Assembly (NCBI GenBank): GCA_038087875.1
Contig: JAXLNO010004595.1
Location: forward strand, 1-64,000
Source of the DNA: Malacoraja senta
Taxonomy: Eukaryota
Reading direction: 5' to 3'
Length of the DNA stretch: 64,000 bases
Part shown: piece by piece, positions 34,070 through 45,599 of the stretch
How positions within the stretch are numbered: the stretch's first letter is position 1
Layout of the letters: each line of letters starts with the position of its first letter
Notes under the pieces: generated by a model
Told to the model about the DNA's origin: nothing
Database searches by the model: none
The model's input: only the letters and a program-made list of their open reading frames with translations
Program-made: the position numbers and the translations under genes

Positions 34070-34575
34070 TTTAAAGCCCGGGGGAGCTATTTAATTTTGT
34101 TATTGTTAATAAATACCTTTTAGTTTCTTGAGAAACGGATTCATTGGTTGATTACGATAACACTTCCTCCCTCAAGAACATCGGCAGTGAGTGAAATAAA
34201 ACTGTTACACGGTTTGAAATCACAGAGCTTTGAAATCTTCACGAAGTCACTTACGTGACTCCGAAGTAAAATAGTAAGATTAAACGAGAACTTACCAGTT
34301 TGAAGTTTGATCTGTATTTTATGAGGAGTTACGATGAGGGATTGCGTGCCCTCCGCTCCCACCCTCATTATATGGATCAAACTAATAAATTGATGTCTCC
34401 TTTTCTTTACTATGTTTACTTCAAATACCTGTGTCTATCTGTGATTCCACACCGCTGCTTGGAAGTATGCCGCGCCTGCGCACTGAGCGGGTTCTTCACG
34501 TAATCCCTCATCGTAACTCCTCATAAAATACAGATCAAACTTCAAACTGGTAAGTTCTCGTTTAATCTTACTATT

Positions 34576-35790
34576 CTTAACCGGATTGATGAAGGGGAGC
34601 CAGTGGATGTAGTGTGTCTAGACTTTCAGAAAGCCTTTGATAAGGTCCCGCACGGGAGACTGGTGACTAAAATTATAGCACATGGTATTGGGTAGGGTGT
34701 TGACGTGGATAGAAAATTGGTTGGCAGACAGGAATCAAAGAGTAGGAGTGAACAGGTCCTTTTCAGAATGGCAGGCAGTGGCGAGTGGAGTGCCGCAAGG
34801 CTCGGTGTTGGGGCCGCAACTGTTTACATTATATGTTAATGATTTGGAAGAGGGAATTAGGAGCAATACTAGCAAGTTTGCAGATGACACAAAGCTGGGT
34901 GGCAGTGTGAACTGTGAAGAGGATGCTAGGAGGTTACAAGGTGTCCGGGATAGGTTGAGTGAGTGGGCAGATGCGTGGCAGATGCAGTATAATATTGATA
35001 AATGTGAGGTTATCCACTTTGGTGGCAAAAACAAGGGGGCAGATTATTATCTCAATGGGGTTAGGTTAGGTTAGGTAAGGGGGAAGTACAGCGAGACCTG
35101 GGTGTCCTTGTACACCGGTCACTGAAAGTTAGCGTGCAGTTACAGCAGGCAGTGAAGAAAGCTAATGGCCTTCATAACAAAAGGATTTCAGTATAGGTTC
35201 TTCTGTAGTTGTATAGGGCTCTGGTAAGACCACATCTGGAGTATTGCGAACAGTTTTGGTCTCCTAATTTGTGGAAGGACATCCTTGTCATTGAAGCAGT
35301 GCATCGTAGGTTCACGAGATTGATCCCTGGGATGGCGGGACTGTCATATGAGGAAAGATTGAAAAGACTAGGCTTGTATTCACTGGCGTTTAGAAGGATG
35401 AAGGGCAATCTTATGGAAACATATAAAATTATAAAAGGACTGGACAAGCTAGATGCAGGAAAATGTTCCCAATGTTGGGCGAGTCCAGAACCAGGGGGTC
35501 AGTCTTAGAATAAAGGGGAGGCCATTTAAGACTGTGGTGAGAAAAAACTTTTCCATCCAGAGAGTTGTGAACTTGTGGAATTCCCTGCCACAGAGGGCAG
35601 TGGAGGCCAAATCACTGGATGGATTTAAGAGAGAGTTAGATAGAGCTCTAGGGGCTAGTGGAATCAAGGGCTATGGGGAGAAGGCAGGCACGGGTTATTG
35701 ATTGGGGACGATCAGCCATGATCACAATGAATGGCGGTGCGGGCTCGAAGGGCTGAATGGCCTCCTCCTGCACCTATTTTCTATGTTTCT
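34576..35790 (+). mobile_element. CR1 LINE fragment (RT C-terminal half and 3' UTR), degraded
   Basis: YLDFQKAFDKV, SGVPQGSVLGP, KFADD, RPHLEYC motifs; (tttctatg)n tail near 35780. Confidence 0.9.
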
Positions 35791-36191
35791 ATGTTTATAT
35801 GAACAGGTGAGGCAGAGGAAGAATGTTTCAGATATTGGGGAATCCAGGCCAGGAGATGACAGTCTGAGGTGAAGGTGTGAGAGGGGGAGAAATGTCTTCA
35901 CCCAGACAGTGGTGAACCTGGGCATTCTCTGCCACAGACAGCACTGAAGCCCAATTATCAGATATATGCAAGAATGAGTTGGATCCAGTTCTTAGGGTAA
36001 AGGGATCAAGGAATATGGCGAGAATGCAGGAAGTGAGTACTGAATATGGATGATCAGCCGTGCTCATATTGAAGGTCTGTGCAGGATTGAAGGGCTGAAT
36101 GGCCTGCTCCTGCAATTATTTTCTATGCTGGATGTGATAAATCTGTCCATTTGCTCAGATCAGACTCGCACCAAGCTCTGTCCACACGTAC

Positions 36192-36512
36192 CTGTCGGCT
36201 TCTCCAAGGATCTGCTCTCCGGTGTTGGCAAACTCTTGTCCTCAACCACACAGGTGTACCGAGCCCCACTCTCCTACTCTGCAGCGGGGGCCGTCAGTCC
36301 GCTGGCGATTGTGTATGCACCTCCGATCCTCTCTGCACCACGAGTTGTCACCCCGTCTTCTCTCTTCATTCCATTCACTTGCCAGGTTACCCTGAATCCC
36401 TCTAAATCACTGTGAACCACCTTACACAGAATGGTGGCTGTCTTGTTGATCCAGATCTCTTCGAAGGAAGGTTTGCTTAAAGTGACCGAGGGGCGGGTAT
36501 CTGAACAGTCAT
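36192..36512 (-). pseudogene. IgW: Ig heavy-chain constant exon, CH5-like, with a nonsense mutation
   Basis: Acceptor gatttcacccAG, donor GTACGT, 321 bp, phase 1/1; DDCSDTRPSVTLSKPSFEEIWINKTATILCKVVHSDLEGFRVTWQVNG...APAAE*ESGARYTCVVEDKSLPTP; TAG at 36274-36276 replaces the conserved Trp. Confidence 0.92.
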
Positions 36513-37510
36513 CTGGGTGAAATCACAATTATTATGTCATCGTTCCCTGATGGAGCAGCTTGCCACTGAAGTATTTTGTGTTCATCTCCACCGAATGATA
36601 TGCCGGTCCCATCAACATCAGGGAGATTTATCTACATTGGTGTAGGAATGAAGATTCCTATTGATCCCACAAGGAAACCTTGCTAAACAATGTGAATTAA
36701 CAAGTTGACTTTTACATTATTTGACAGTTTTGTGATCATTGAACCTGTTACCAGCTATTTACTGAATCAAATGTATAAAATTCCCTCTGAGGAGAGGCAA
36801 ATCAAGCTAATGTTTGAGGTCAAAATGTTCAGTTCAGTTTAGTTTATTGTCACGTGTACCGAGGTACAGTGAAAAGCTTGTGTTGCGTACTAACCAGTCA
36901 GCGGAAAGTTCTTCACTTTATATTATAAATTAGAAGCAGCGGCATTATTTTATTTAGTCGTGAGTGGTCCGGAGTAGGATGAAGAAAGGTCTCGACCCGA
37001 AACCTCACCTCCCCATGTCCTCCAGGGATGTTGCCTGACCTGCTGAGTTACTCCAGCACTTTGTGTCCTTTCATTTAGTCACAACTGTTTAAATGCAGTT
37101 TGTATCCATGAGGTGTAACTAAACTCTCCTGCTGCTTTGTCAGAATGTGGTGTGTTGCAGCCGGCCTGTCCCAGAGGCTGCTACACAATGCCCAGACTGA
37201 CTGTTGCCACGCTGGGGCAGGGAGAGAGCTGCTCTGCTGGACACTCTGTCACAGCTGAGGCACCCACTCACATTAAGTACAAACGCAGAGGGAAAGACCG
37301 TTTTGAAGAAGAGTATCGTGGATCTCCACCGTGTCTGGCCTGTCGACTGGCTTGGATTGCCCTCAAGTTACTAAAGCAATGTCAAAGATACAATTATTTC
37401 TGTGGCCAGACTCACTTACAAGCCCATAACAGGACTGCACTGTGTTACAGTGTTGCCCATGTGTGGTACAGTTTACAATGTGGAGAATGGAGTGAATCCC
37501 AGGAGCCTAC

Positions 37511-37828
37511 CTTGGATGTTCTTCACATCCTTCGTGATGATGGTGTTGGAGGCGCGATGATACACTGTACAATTGAAGCGTGAGCCTGACTTCCAATCCT
37601 CTGTACTCGTGGTCAGGAAGTGGCTGACACTGAAAGTGCCCCCCTGCTCCAGAGCAGTTGGTGCAGCACTGGTGTTGTTGGAGATCAGGGCACCATCTTT
37701 ACTCCAAGTGACGTTGATGAGGTCCGGGTAGAATCCAGAGACCACACACTCGAGGGTGACCTTGTGGCTACGCTTGGTCTCTTCGTGTGTTGGAAGCAGC
37801 AGTCTGACTTCAGGTTTTTGGGGCTCAA
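37511..37828 (-). CDS. IgW: Ig heavy-chain constant exon, CH4-like copy 1, open
   Basis: Acceptor ttttcctctgttccAG, donor GTAGGC, 318 bp; VEPQKPEVRLLLPTHEETKRSHKVTLECVVSGFYPDLINVTWSKDG...EDWKSGSRFNCTVYHRASNTIITKDVKNIQ. Confidence 0.92.
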
Positions 37829-37879
37829 CTGGAACAGAGGAAAATAAATGTTAAACTCTCTCATAGAGTCATAGAGTGA

Positions 37880-38320
37880 TACAGTGTGGAAACAGGCCCT
37901 TCAGCCCAACTTGCCCACCCTGGCCAACATGTCCCAGTTAAATTAGTCTCATCTGCCGTGTTTGGTCCCCATCCCTCCAAACCTGTCCCTGTCTGTTTTT
38001 TTTTAATGTTAGGGTAGTCCCTGCCTCAACTACCTGCTCTGGCAGCTTGTTTCATACATCCTCCAACCTTTGCGTGAAAAAGTTACCCCTCGGATTCCTA
38101 TTAAATCTTTCCCCCTTCACCTTCAACCTATGTCCTCTGGTACTCAATTCACCTACTCTGGGCAAGAGACTCTGTGCATCTATCCAATCTATTTCTCTCA
38201 TGATTTTATACACCTCAATAAGATATTCCCTCATCCTCCTACGCTCCAAGGAATAGAGTCCCAGCCCACTCAACCTCTCCCTATAGCTCTCTAGCCCTGG
38301 CAACATCCTTGTAAATCCCC
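37880..38320 (-). mobile_element. CR1 3' fragment
   Basis: ERLSGLGLYSLERRRMR...LLPRVGE..TRGH.LKVKGERF..N.RGNFFTQR. Confidence 0.8.
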
Positions 38321-38376
38321 TCTGTACCCTCTCTCTCTCTCTGTCATGGCCATTTAATCACTGATCTGTTGCCCAC

Positions 38377-38478
38377 CTTTGTTATGGTTGGTCCGCGCTG
38401 ACACTGGTGAGGATGATGAAGATTGTTGGGCGAAGCACACAAACTCCACCCCGCTGGTCCAGTCCTCCACGCTGGGTT
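38377..38478 (-). pseudogene. IgW: 3' remnant of CH3-like exon copy 1 (5' two-thirds missing)
   Basis: PSVEDWTSGVEFVCFAQQSSSSSPVSARTNHNK then donor GTGGGC; aligns with the 3' end of 16251-16542; homology stops at ~38478 and an in-frame TAA lies just upstream. Confidence 0.85.
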
Positions 38479-38859
38479 ATAAAGTGGAAGGCAGAAGAAT
38501 CATTGTGAACGCCAGTGTATGGAGCAGGAGAGAGAAAGAGAGAGGACAAGGAGGTAGATGGAATGAAGGAGTGTAAAGGCAGTGTGAGTGGGCTGGGTGT
38601 GGTATGTAGTATTAACACTGGGCTGTATTGTTGGCCTCTCTGTATTGTGGTTCAGTAGGGATACACTGGCACAATGTTCCAGTGAATGATGCCATTCAGA
38701 AGTTGGGTCTGTGATCTGGAGACCGTGTTCCCACCACACCACAACGGTGAGGAGTTTAAAGTCAGTTCATTAAATTTGTGCAATTAAAGGCCTGTGTCTG
38801 TAGTTGTGACATTGGGAAAGAGATTGTTTATGAAGGAACTGCAGATTCTGGAAAAAAAG

Positions 38860-39730
38860 AAGGTAGACAAAAATGCTGGAGAAACTCAGCGGGTGAGGCA
38901 GCATCTATGGAGCGAAGGAATAGGTGACCTTTTGGGTCGAGACCCTTCTTCAGACTGATGTAGGGTGGGCGGGTGTGGATGGGGCGGGAAGAAGAAGAAA
39001 GGAAGAGGCGAAGACAGTGGGCTGTGGGAGAGCTGGGAAGGGGAGTGGAAAGAGGGAGAAAGCAAGGAATATCTGAAATTGGAGAAATCAATGTTCATAC
39101 CACTATTTCAGGTAGTCCTTGCTTTCTCCCTCTTTCCCCTCCTCTTCCCAGCTCTCCCACAGCCCACTGTCTCCGTCTCTTCCTTTCTTCTTTCCCCCAC
39201 CCACACATCAGTCTGAGGAAGGGTCTCGACCCGAAACGTCACCTATTCCTTCGCTCCATAGATGCTGCCTCACCCACTGAGTTTCTCCAGCATTTTTGTC
39301 TACCATTGGTGTCTAAACCCATGACTGTAAGCTTCAGGGAAGAGCATCTGGTGACTTTACCTGGTCTCGTTATGTGCTCTGAAATGGCCCAGGGAAACAT
39401 CTAGTTCAAAGGCGGTTGTGGACAAGAAACAAATGTTAGTTCACTTCACTTGCACCTCCTCCAACCTCATCAACCTCAAGGTGTGGACTCTTACACATCT
39501 GCGAGACCAAACGTAGACTGGGCGATAGTTTCGCTGAAAACCTTCGCTCAGTCTGCCTGGACCAACCTGAACTCCCGGTTGCCAAACACTTTAATTCCCC
39601 ATCCCATTCCCACACTGACCTTTCTGTCCTGGGCCTCCTCCACTGTCAGAGTGAGATGAAACACAAATTGGAGGAACAGCGTCTCATATTTCACTTGGAT
39701 AGCTTACAACCCAGCAGTATGAATATTGAT
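38860..39730. mobile_element. Penelope-like element remnant: inverted pLTR pair plus GIY-YIG fragment (repeats at ~46058-46970, ~53436-54345, ~60845-61755)
   Basis: Arms of ~200 bp in inverted orientation with a short spacer; degraded endonuclease coding (..ETKRRLGD.F...LRSV...PVAKHFNS..HSHTDLSVLGLLHCQSEMKHKLEEQRLIF...LQP..MNIDF). Confidence 0.8.
39207..39246 (+). ncRNA. Minimal type-I hammerhead ribozyme motif (Penelope pLTR), unit 1
   Basis: CUGAGGA-A-GGGU(CUCG)ACCC-GAAA-C-GUC: full core, extra A after A9, palindromic ACGU stem III; stem I short (AUcaGU/ACcuAU); predicted cleavage after 39240. Confidence 0.6.
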
Positions 39731-42700
39731 TTCATGAATTGTTTCCATGTCCCAGCTACACTAGTCCCACCTGCCTGTGTTTGGCCCACATCCTTCCAAC
39801 CCTGTACTATCAATGTACCTGTCCAACTGTTTCTTAAATATTGGGATAGTCCCAGCCACAACTACCTCCTCCCGCAGCTCATTCCATACACCCACCACCC
39901 TCTGTGTGGAAAAGTTACCCCTCAGATTCCAATTCAATCTTTTCCCCTTCACCTTGAACCTATGTCCTCTGGTCCTCGATTCCCCTACTCTGGGCAAAGG
40001 ACTTTGTGCATCTACCCGATCTATTCCTCTCATGATTTTGTACACCTCTATAAGGTCACCCCTCATCTTCCTGCGCTCCAAGGATTAGAGTCCCAGCATA
40101 CTCAACCTTTCCCGATAGCCGACCCTGAAATCCTGGCAACATCCTCATGAATCTTCTCCGCACCCTTTCCAGCTTGTTGACATCTTCCCAATAACATTGT
40201 GCCTTTTTGACCACCCTATCTACCTGCGATTCCACCTTCAAGGAACCATGAACCATGGTAAAAATCTATTTTTAGGTCCCTACCTGGTCGGTGAGGCGAC
40301 TTTTTCTCCGGGCTGCCCCGTCGACCCGTCCTTGCGGCCTACCAGCGGTCCTGGAGCGGCGTTTCCTGGCGGGGACCGCCTCGCAACTTCAGCTTTGCTG
40401 GCGGCACAGTGCTGGAGCGCTATCGCGGAGCGGAGCGGGCGATACCTTGCCTGGGTCGCCGCACTGGATCGATGCGCTGGAGTTCCGGTGAGCTGCGACC
40501 GCCGAGCTCAACACCTCCGGGCTGCGGGACTTGCGGAGCGACCAGCCGCGGGCGGCGGCGCCGACTCCAACATCGGGAGCCTCTGAGCTCCAAATCGGCG
40601 CGGCCTCGGCCTTCAGGTGCCACGTACTCCAATAGGAGATTAGCTGTTCCAGCCGCTGCGAGGACTCTCCCGACACCAGGGCAACTGCACCCGGCGAGAA
40701 CGGCCAGGAACATCGGTCCTCCGTAGAGGCAACTGTGGAGGCCTCAATATGCCGTCTTTGGGAGAATACACCCACCACCCTCTGTGTGAAAAATGTACCC
40801 CTCGGATTTCTTTTAAATCTTTTCCCCTTCAACTTGAACCTATGTCCACTGGTCCTCGATTCCCCTACTCTGGGTAAAAGACTCTGTGCATCTACCCGAT
40901 CTATTCCTCTTATGATTTTGTACATCTCTATAAGATCACCCCTCATCCTCCTATGCTCCATAGAATAGAGACCCAAACTACTCAACCTCTCCCTGTAGCT
41001 CACACCCTCGAGTCCTGGCAACATCCTCGTAAAAATCCTGGCAACATCCTCAGCTGAAGTCCCTAAAGTGATGAGTAGTGATGATTAACTCCAAACATTT
41101 CATGTTCTTGTTATTTTCTTTTATTTATGTATCTAATTTCAAATGAAAACATGCAGTTCAGCAGAAAAATTAAAAACAAGCTGCAGACAATGAGTTAAAC
41201 AACATCTGCTTTACAAAATCTGATTGAGCAAGTCCCCAAGCATCGGCCCCCCCTCCACCACATTGCTTCCTGTTCTTTCTCCCCTCCCCATGCCCCCTTC
41301 TTGCTCCACAATATCAGTGCATCCCTCCCCCTCCCACACTCCCCTCTCCTTCACTCATCACATTCCCATCCCCTGCTCCCCTTTCCCAAACATTAATCCT
41401 GCCTTCCTCTCCCACTCCTGAATGCCACCCACTCCAGTGTCTCATACCCTGACATTTTCCCACTGTCATGTCCTATCCTGTCATTCCCTCCCCCCCCCCC
41501 CCAGTTCCAACTGGTTTCTTCCCCAGCATCCCCAGTCCATTTCCAAGTTTATCTCCTGAAATGAGCGTTTGCAGTGCAGTAGCCTCGGATTGCCGAGTGA
41601 GTGAGTGAAAGACAGGGAGACTCCATTTGCCAACGTCAGCAGCTGCATGGCGATCTCTTGAGTGAATATGGCGTGTGTGTCGGCTGGTCATTGCTGCACC
41701 TGTAATATACACAGGAAAGTCAGACATTGTGTGTGGCAAGGTGCAGCACAGATGGTGATCTGTGGGGACAGGCAAACTAAATAACAGAGTTCACTGCACC
41801 ACCTGCTGCAGTGAACTCTAGGCTGGGGTCAGGGCTCAGGGGTCACAGTGTGAGGTCCGAGGTCAGAGGGTGGGAGTCAGTGGTCAAAAGGTCACACCAG
41901 CACTTCCCCGACCTCAGGCCCGTCCTGCGCTGACCTCAGGGTCAGGGGTCAGCTGAGGGGTGTTAGAGGGCGGGTGGCCAGAGTGAATGGCTTCCCCGAG
42001 ATCACGACCACCCTGGTATCCTGAACTAGGCCAGAGTCAGAGGTGAAGTGGTGGGGGTCAAGGTTAAAAGGCTGGGCTTCCCCGACTGGTCAGGTGTCAG
42101 TCTGAATGTGAAAGGTCAGGGGTCAGCAGGTGTTGCAGTTAGTTTGGGGGTGGTTTCGGGGTTGAGGGTCGCTGCCGAGGTGAGAGGTCAGTGTGGGGGA
42201 GGGGCAGTTGTAACCGGTTCCACTGAGGAATAAAGGCCATTCACCCATCAGCTGTCTACTGTCTCCTTCACACTCGCTCCACCAAGCCGACCTTACTCTT
42301 CAAAGCTGAGCAACCATTTCTTAACAAGCAACACCAACTGCAAAGTCCACGCAGATTCAGATGGGAGCTGAATTAGGCCATTCGGCCCATCAAGTCTACT
42401 CCGTCATTCAATCACGGCTGGTCTATCTTTCCCTTTCAACACCATTCTCCTGCCTACTCCTCATAACCCCTGACATATCTCGACCTGAAATATCACCCAT
42501 TCCAGAGATGCTACCTGTCCTGCTGGGTTACTCCAGCATTTTGTGTCAATCTTCGGTGCCCTGAGCTGGTTCATCTCCTACCTCAAAGGTAGGAGTTTCT
42601 CGACTAACATAGGCAACACTTTCTCCTCCCCAGCTAATCTCTGCTGTGGGGTTCCACAAGGTTCCATCCTTGGCCCCATTCTCTTCTCCCTGTATATGCT

Positions 42701-42760
42701 CCCCTTAGGCCAATTCATTGAAAGGCACGGCATTTCCTTCCATTGCTACGCAGACGATAC

Positions 42761-44154
42761 ATAGATACATAGATACATAGAAAATAGGTGCAGGAGTAGG
42801 CCATTCGGCCCTTCGAGCCTGCACCGCCATTCAATATGATCATGGCTGATCATCCAACTCAGTATCCCGTACCTGCCTTCTCTCCATACCCCCTGATCCC
42901 CTTAGCCACAAGGGCCACATCTAACTCCCTCTTAAATATATCCAATGAACTTGCCTCAACTACCCTCTGTGGCAGAGAGTTCCAGAGATTTACCACTCTC
43001 TGTGTGAAAAAGTTTTTCCTCATCTCGGTCTTAAAGGATTTCCCCCTTATCCTTAAGCTGTGACCCCTTGTCCTGGACTTCCCCAACATCGGGAACAATC
43101 TTCCTGCATCTAGCCTGTCCAACCCCATAAGAATTTTGTACGTTTCTATAAGATCCCCTCTCAATCTCCTAAATTCTAGCGAGTATAAGCCAAGTCTATC
43201 CAGTCTTTCTTCATATGAAAGTCCTGACATCCCAGTAATCAGTCTGGTGAACCTTCTCTGCACTCCCTCTATGGCTATAATGTCCTTCCTCAGATTTGGA
43301 GACCAAAACTGTACGCAATACTCCAGGTGTGGTCTCACCAATACCCTGTACAACTGCAGTAGAACCTCCCTGCTCCTATACTCAAATCCTTTTGCTATGA
43401 AAGCTAACATACCATTCGCTTTCTTCACTGCCTGCTGCACCTGCATGCCTACTTTCAATGACTGGTGTACCATGACACCCAGGTCTCGCTGCATCTCCCC
43501 ATTTCCTAATCGGCCACCATTTAGATAATAGTCTGCTTTCCTGTTTTTGCCACCAAAGTGGATAACCTCACATTTATCCACATTATACTGCACCTGCCAA
43601 ACATTTGCCCACTCACCCAGCCTATCCAAGTCACCTTGCAGTCTCCTAGCATCCTCCTCACAGCTAACACTGCCCCCCAGCTTAGTGACATCCGCAAACT
43701 TGGAGATGTTGCCTTCAATTCCCTCATCCAGTTCATTAATATAAATTGTAAATAGCTGGGGTCCCAGCACTGAGCCTTGCGGTACCCCACTAGTCACTGC
43801 CTGCCATTGTGAAAAGGACCCATTTACTCCTACTCTTTGCTTCCTGTTTGCCAGCCAGTTCTCTATCCACATCAATACTGAACCCCCAATACCGTGTGCT
43901 TTAAGTTTGTATACTAATCTCTTATGTGGTACCTTGTCGAAAGCCTTCTGAAAGTCCAGATACAACACATCCACTGGTTCTCCCCTATCCACTCTACTAG
44001 TTACATCCTCGAAAAATTCTATAAGGTTTGTCAGACATGATTTACCTTTCGTAAATTCATGCTGACTTTGTCCAATGAATTCACCACTTTCCAAATGTGC
44101 TGCTATCCCATCTTTAATAAGTGACTCTAGCACCCATCTTTAATAAGTGACTAC
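42761..44154 (-). mobile_element. Young 5'-truncated CR1 LINE inserted in the L2 fragment of unit 1 only
   Basis: Uninterrupted 424-aa RT ORF (42859-44133); (ATCTATGT)n tail; splits the L2 codons YADDT|QLYL; short tandem duplication (cccatctttaataagtgact twice) at its 5' junction. Confidence 0.93.
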
Positions 44155-45599
44155 ACAACTCTATCTCCCCCTGAAGCCCAAAAACCAATCAAATCTGCTT
44201 AACCTTACCCGCTGTCTCGAGGATATAAAGTGTTGGATGGCCCAGAACTTCCTCCAACTAAACGAGAGTAAGTCTGATGTCATCCTTCTCAGCCCCTCGG
44301 ATTCAATCAAAATGATAGCAGGCAGCCTTGGAAGCCTTACCCCACTACTCAAACCTCACGTCAAAAACCTTGGCGTGATATTTGACTCAGCACTGAAATT
44401 TGACAAACAAGTCAATGCCGTGGTAAAAGCTAGCTTCTTTCAGCTTCAGACGATAGCTAAAATAAAACAATTCCTCCAGTCTGATGACCTTGAAAAGATC
44501 ATCCACAACATTCATCTCCTCCCGCCTAGATTACTGCAACTCCCTTTACACTGGCATCAGCCAATCTTCCCTGTCCCGCCTGCAACTTGTCCAAAATGCC
44601 GCAGCAAGCCTCCTGACGGGCACCCGAAAAAGGGACCACATCACCCGATCCTGGCCTCTCTCCACTGGCTCCCTGTGCGGTTCCGTACAAACTTCAAGAT
44701 CCTCTACCATGTCTACAAAGCCTCAATGGGCTTGCCCCCACCTACATAAAAAGTCTTCTCACCCACCACTCCACCTCCAGGCCCCTCAGATCGGCCGACT
44801 TGGGGTTGCTGAGTATCCCACGGTCTAGGCATAAGCTCAGGGGTGACCGCGCCTTTGCGGTTGCAGCCCCTAGACTGTGGAACAGCGTCCCCTTTCCCAT
44901 CAGAACTGCCCCCTCCATCGACTCTTTTAAGTCAAGACTAAAAACGTATCCTGATGTCCTCTGAGTGAGGGCTACATGTATATATGTATGTAGTTTGTTT
45001 TGTTTATGCTATTCTTATAACAAATGTAAAGCACTTTGGCCAACGAGAGTTATTTTTTAAATGTGCTATATAAATAAATGTGACTTGACTTGACTTGACT
45101 AAACCAACATCTTCAGCTCACATTGCCCAGAGCAAACAAACATAATTGGTGCCCTCCCCTAATTCCCCATTTGATGGTGCCCTCCCCTAATTCACCATTG
45201 TAGGGAAACAGGCCCTTCTGCCCTCCACGTGCACGCTGACCATAGTTTTTGTAAATTGCACTGGTGTGCAGGGAATAGATAAGAAAGGGGAATAACCTAG
45301 TTAGCTTGAGTTAACGTACACCTGTTGAGTTAAAGTCTCCCGTTGGCTGACTTTGTTAACTCCAAAAGTGATTGTTGAGCATACTGAATGTGTGAAAGAA
45401 CAATATGTACAAAAAGAACAAATAATAAAAGGAAAATACACACAAGTTTGCTGTATTTCACACAATACACACACGTCGTTACAGGGAGAACCTGCAAACT
45501 TCACAGACAGCACCTGAGGTCAGGATCATACCCGAGTATATGAGGCAGCAGCTCTACCTGCTGCACCACTGTGCCATCCTATTAAAGGGAAGTAAATAT

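Larger units (their letters stand above)
25647..34575 (+). mobile_element. DIRS1-type retrotransposon B (about 4.9 kb) interrupted by a nested Gypsy element
   Basis: Left ITR attttacttcggagtcacgtgagtgacttcgtgaagaacccgctcagtgcgcaggcgcggcat; ICR ~34233-34341; right ITR ~34466-34575; gag, pol and YR ORFs lie between. Confidence 0.95.

Noticed and set aside
15507-38478. Calling the exons IgM or definitively IgNAR
   Set aside because: The domain series and tailpiece match the IgW CH3-CH6 / IgNAR C2-C5 group rather than mu. IgW is preferred, but without V, CH1 or a phylogeny IgNAR cannot be excluded.
40197-40726. GC-rich overlapping ORFs repeated in every unit (MTFLVGGQWGK... and similar)
   Set aside because: Frames differ between copies and indels are not frame-preserving; they lie in a non-coding repeat.
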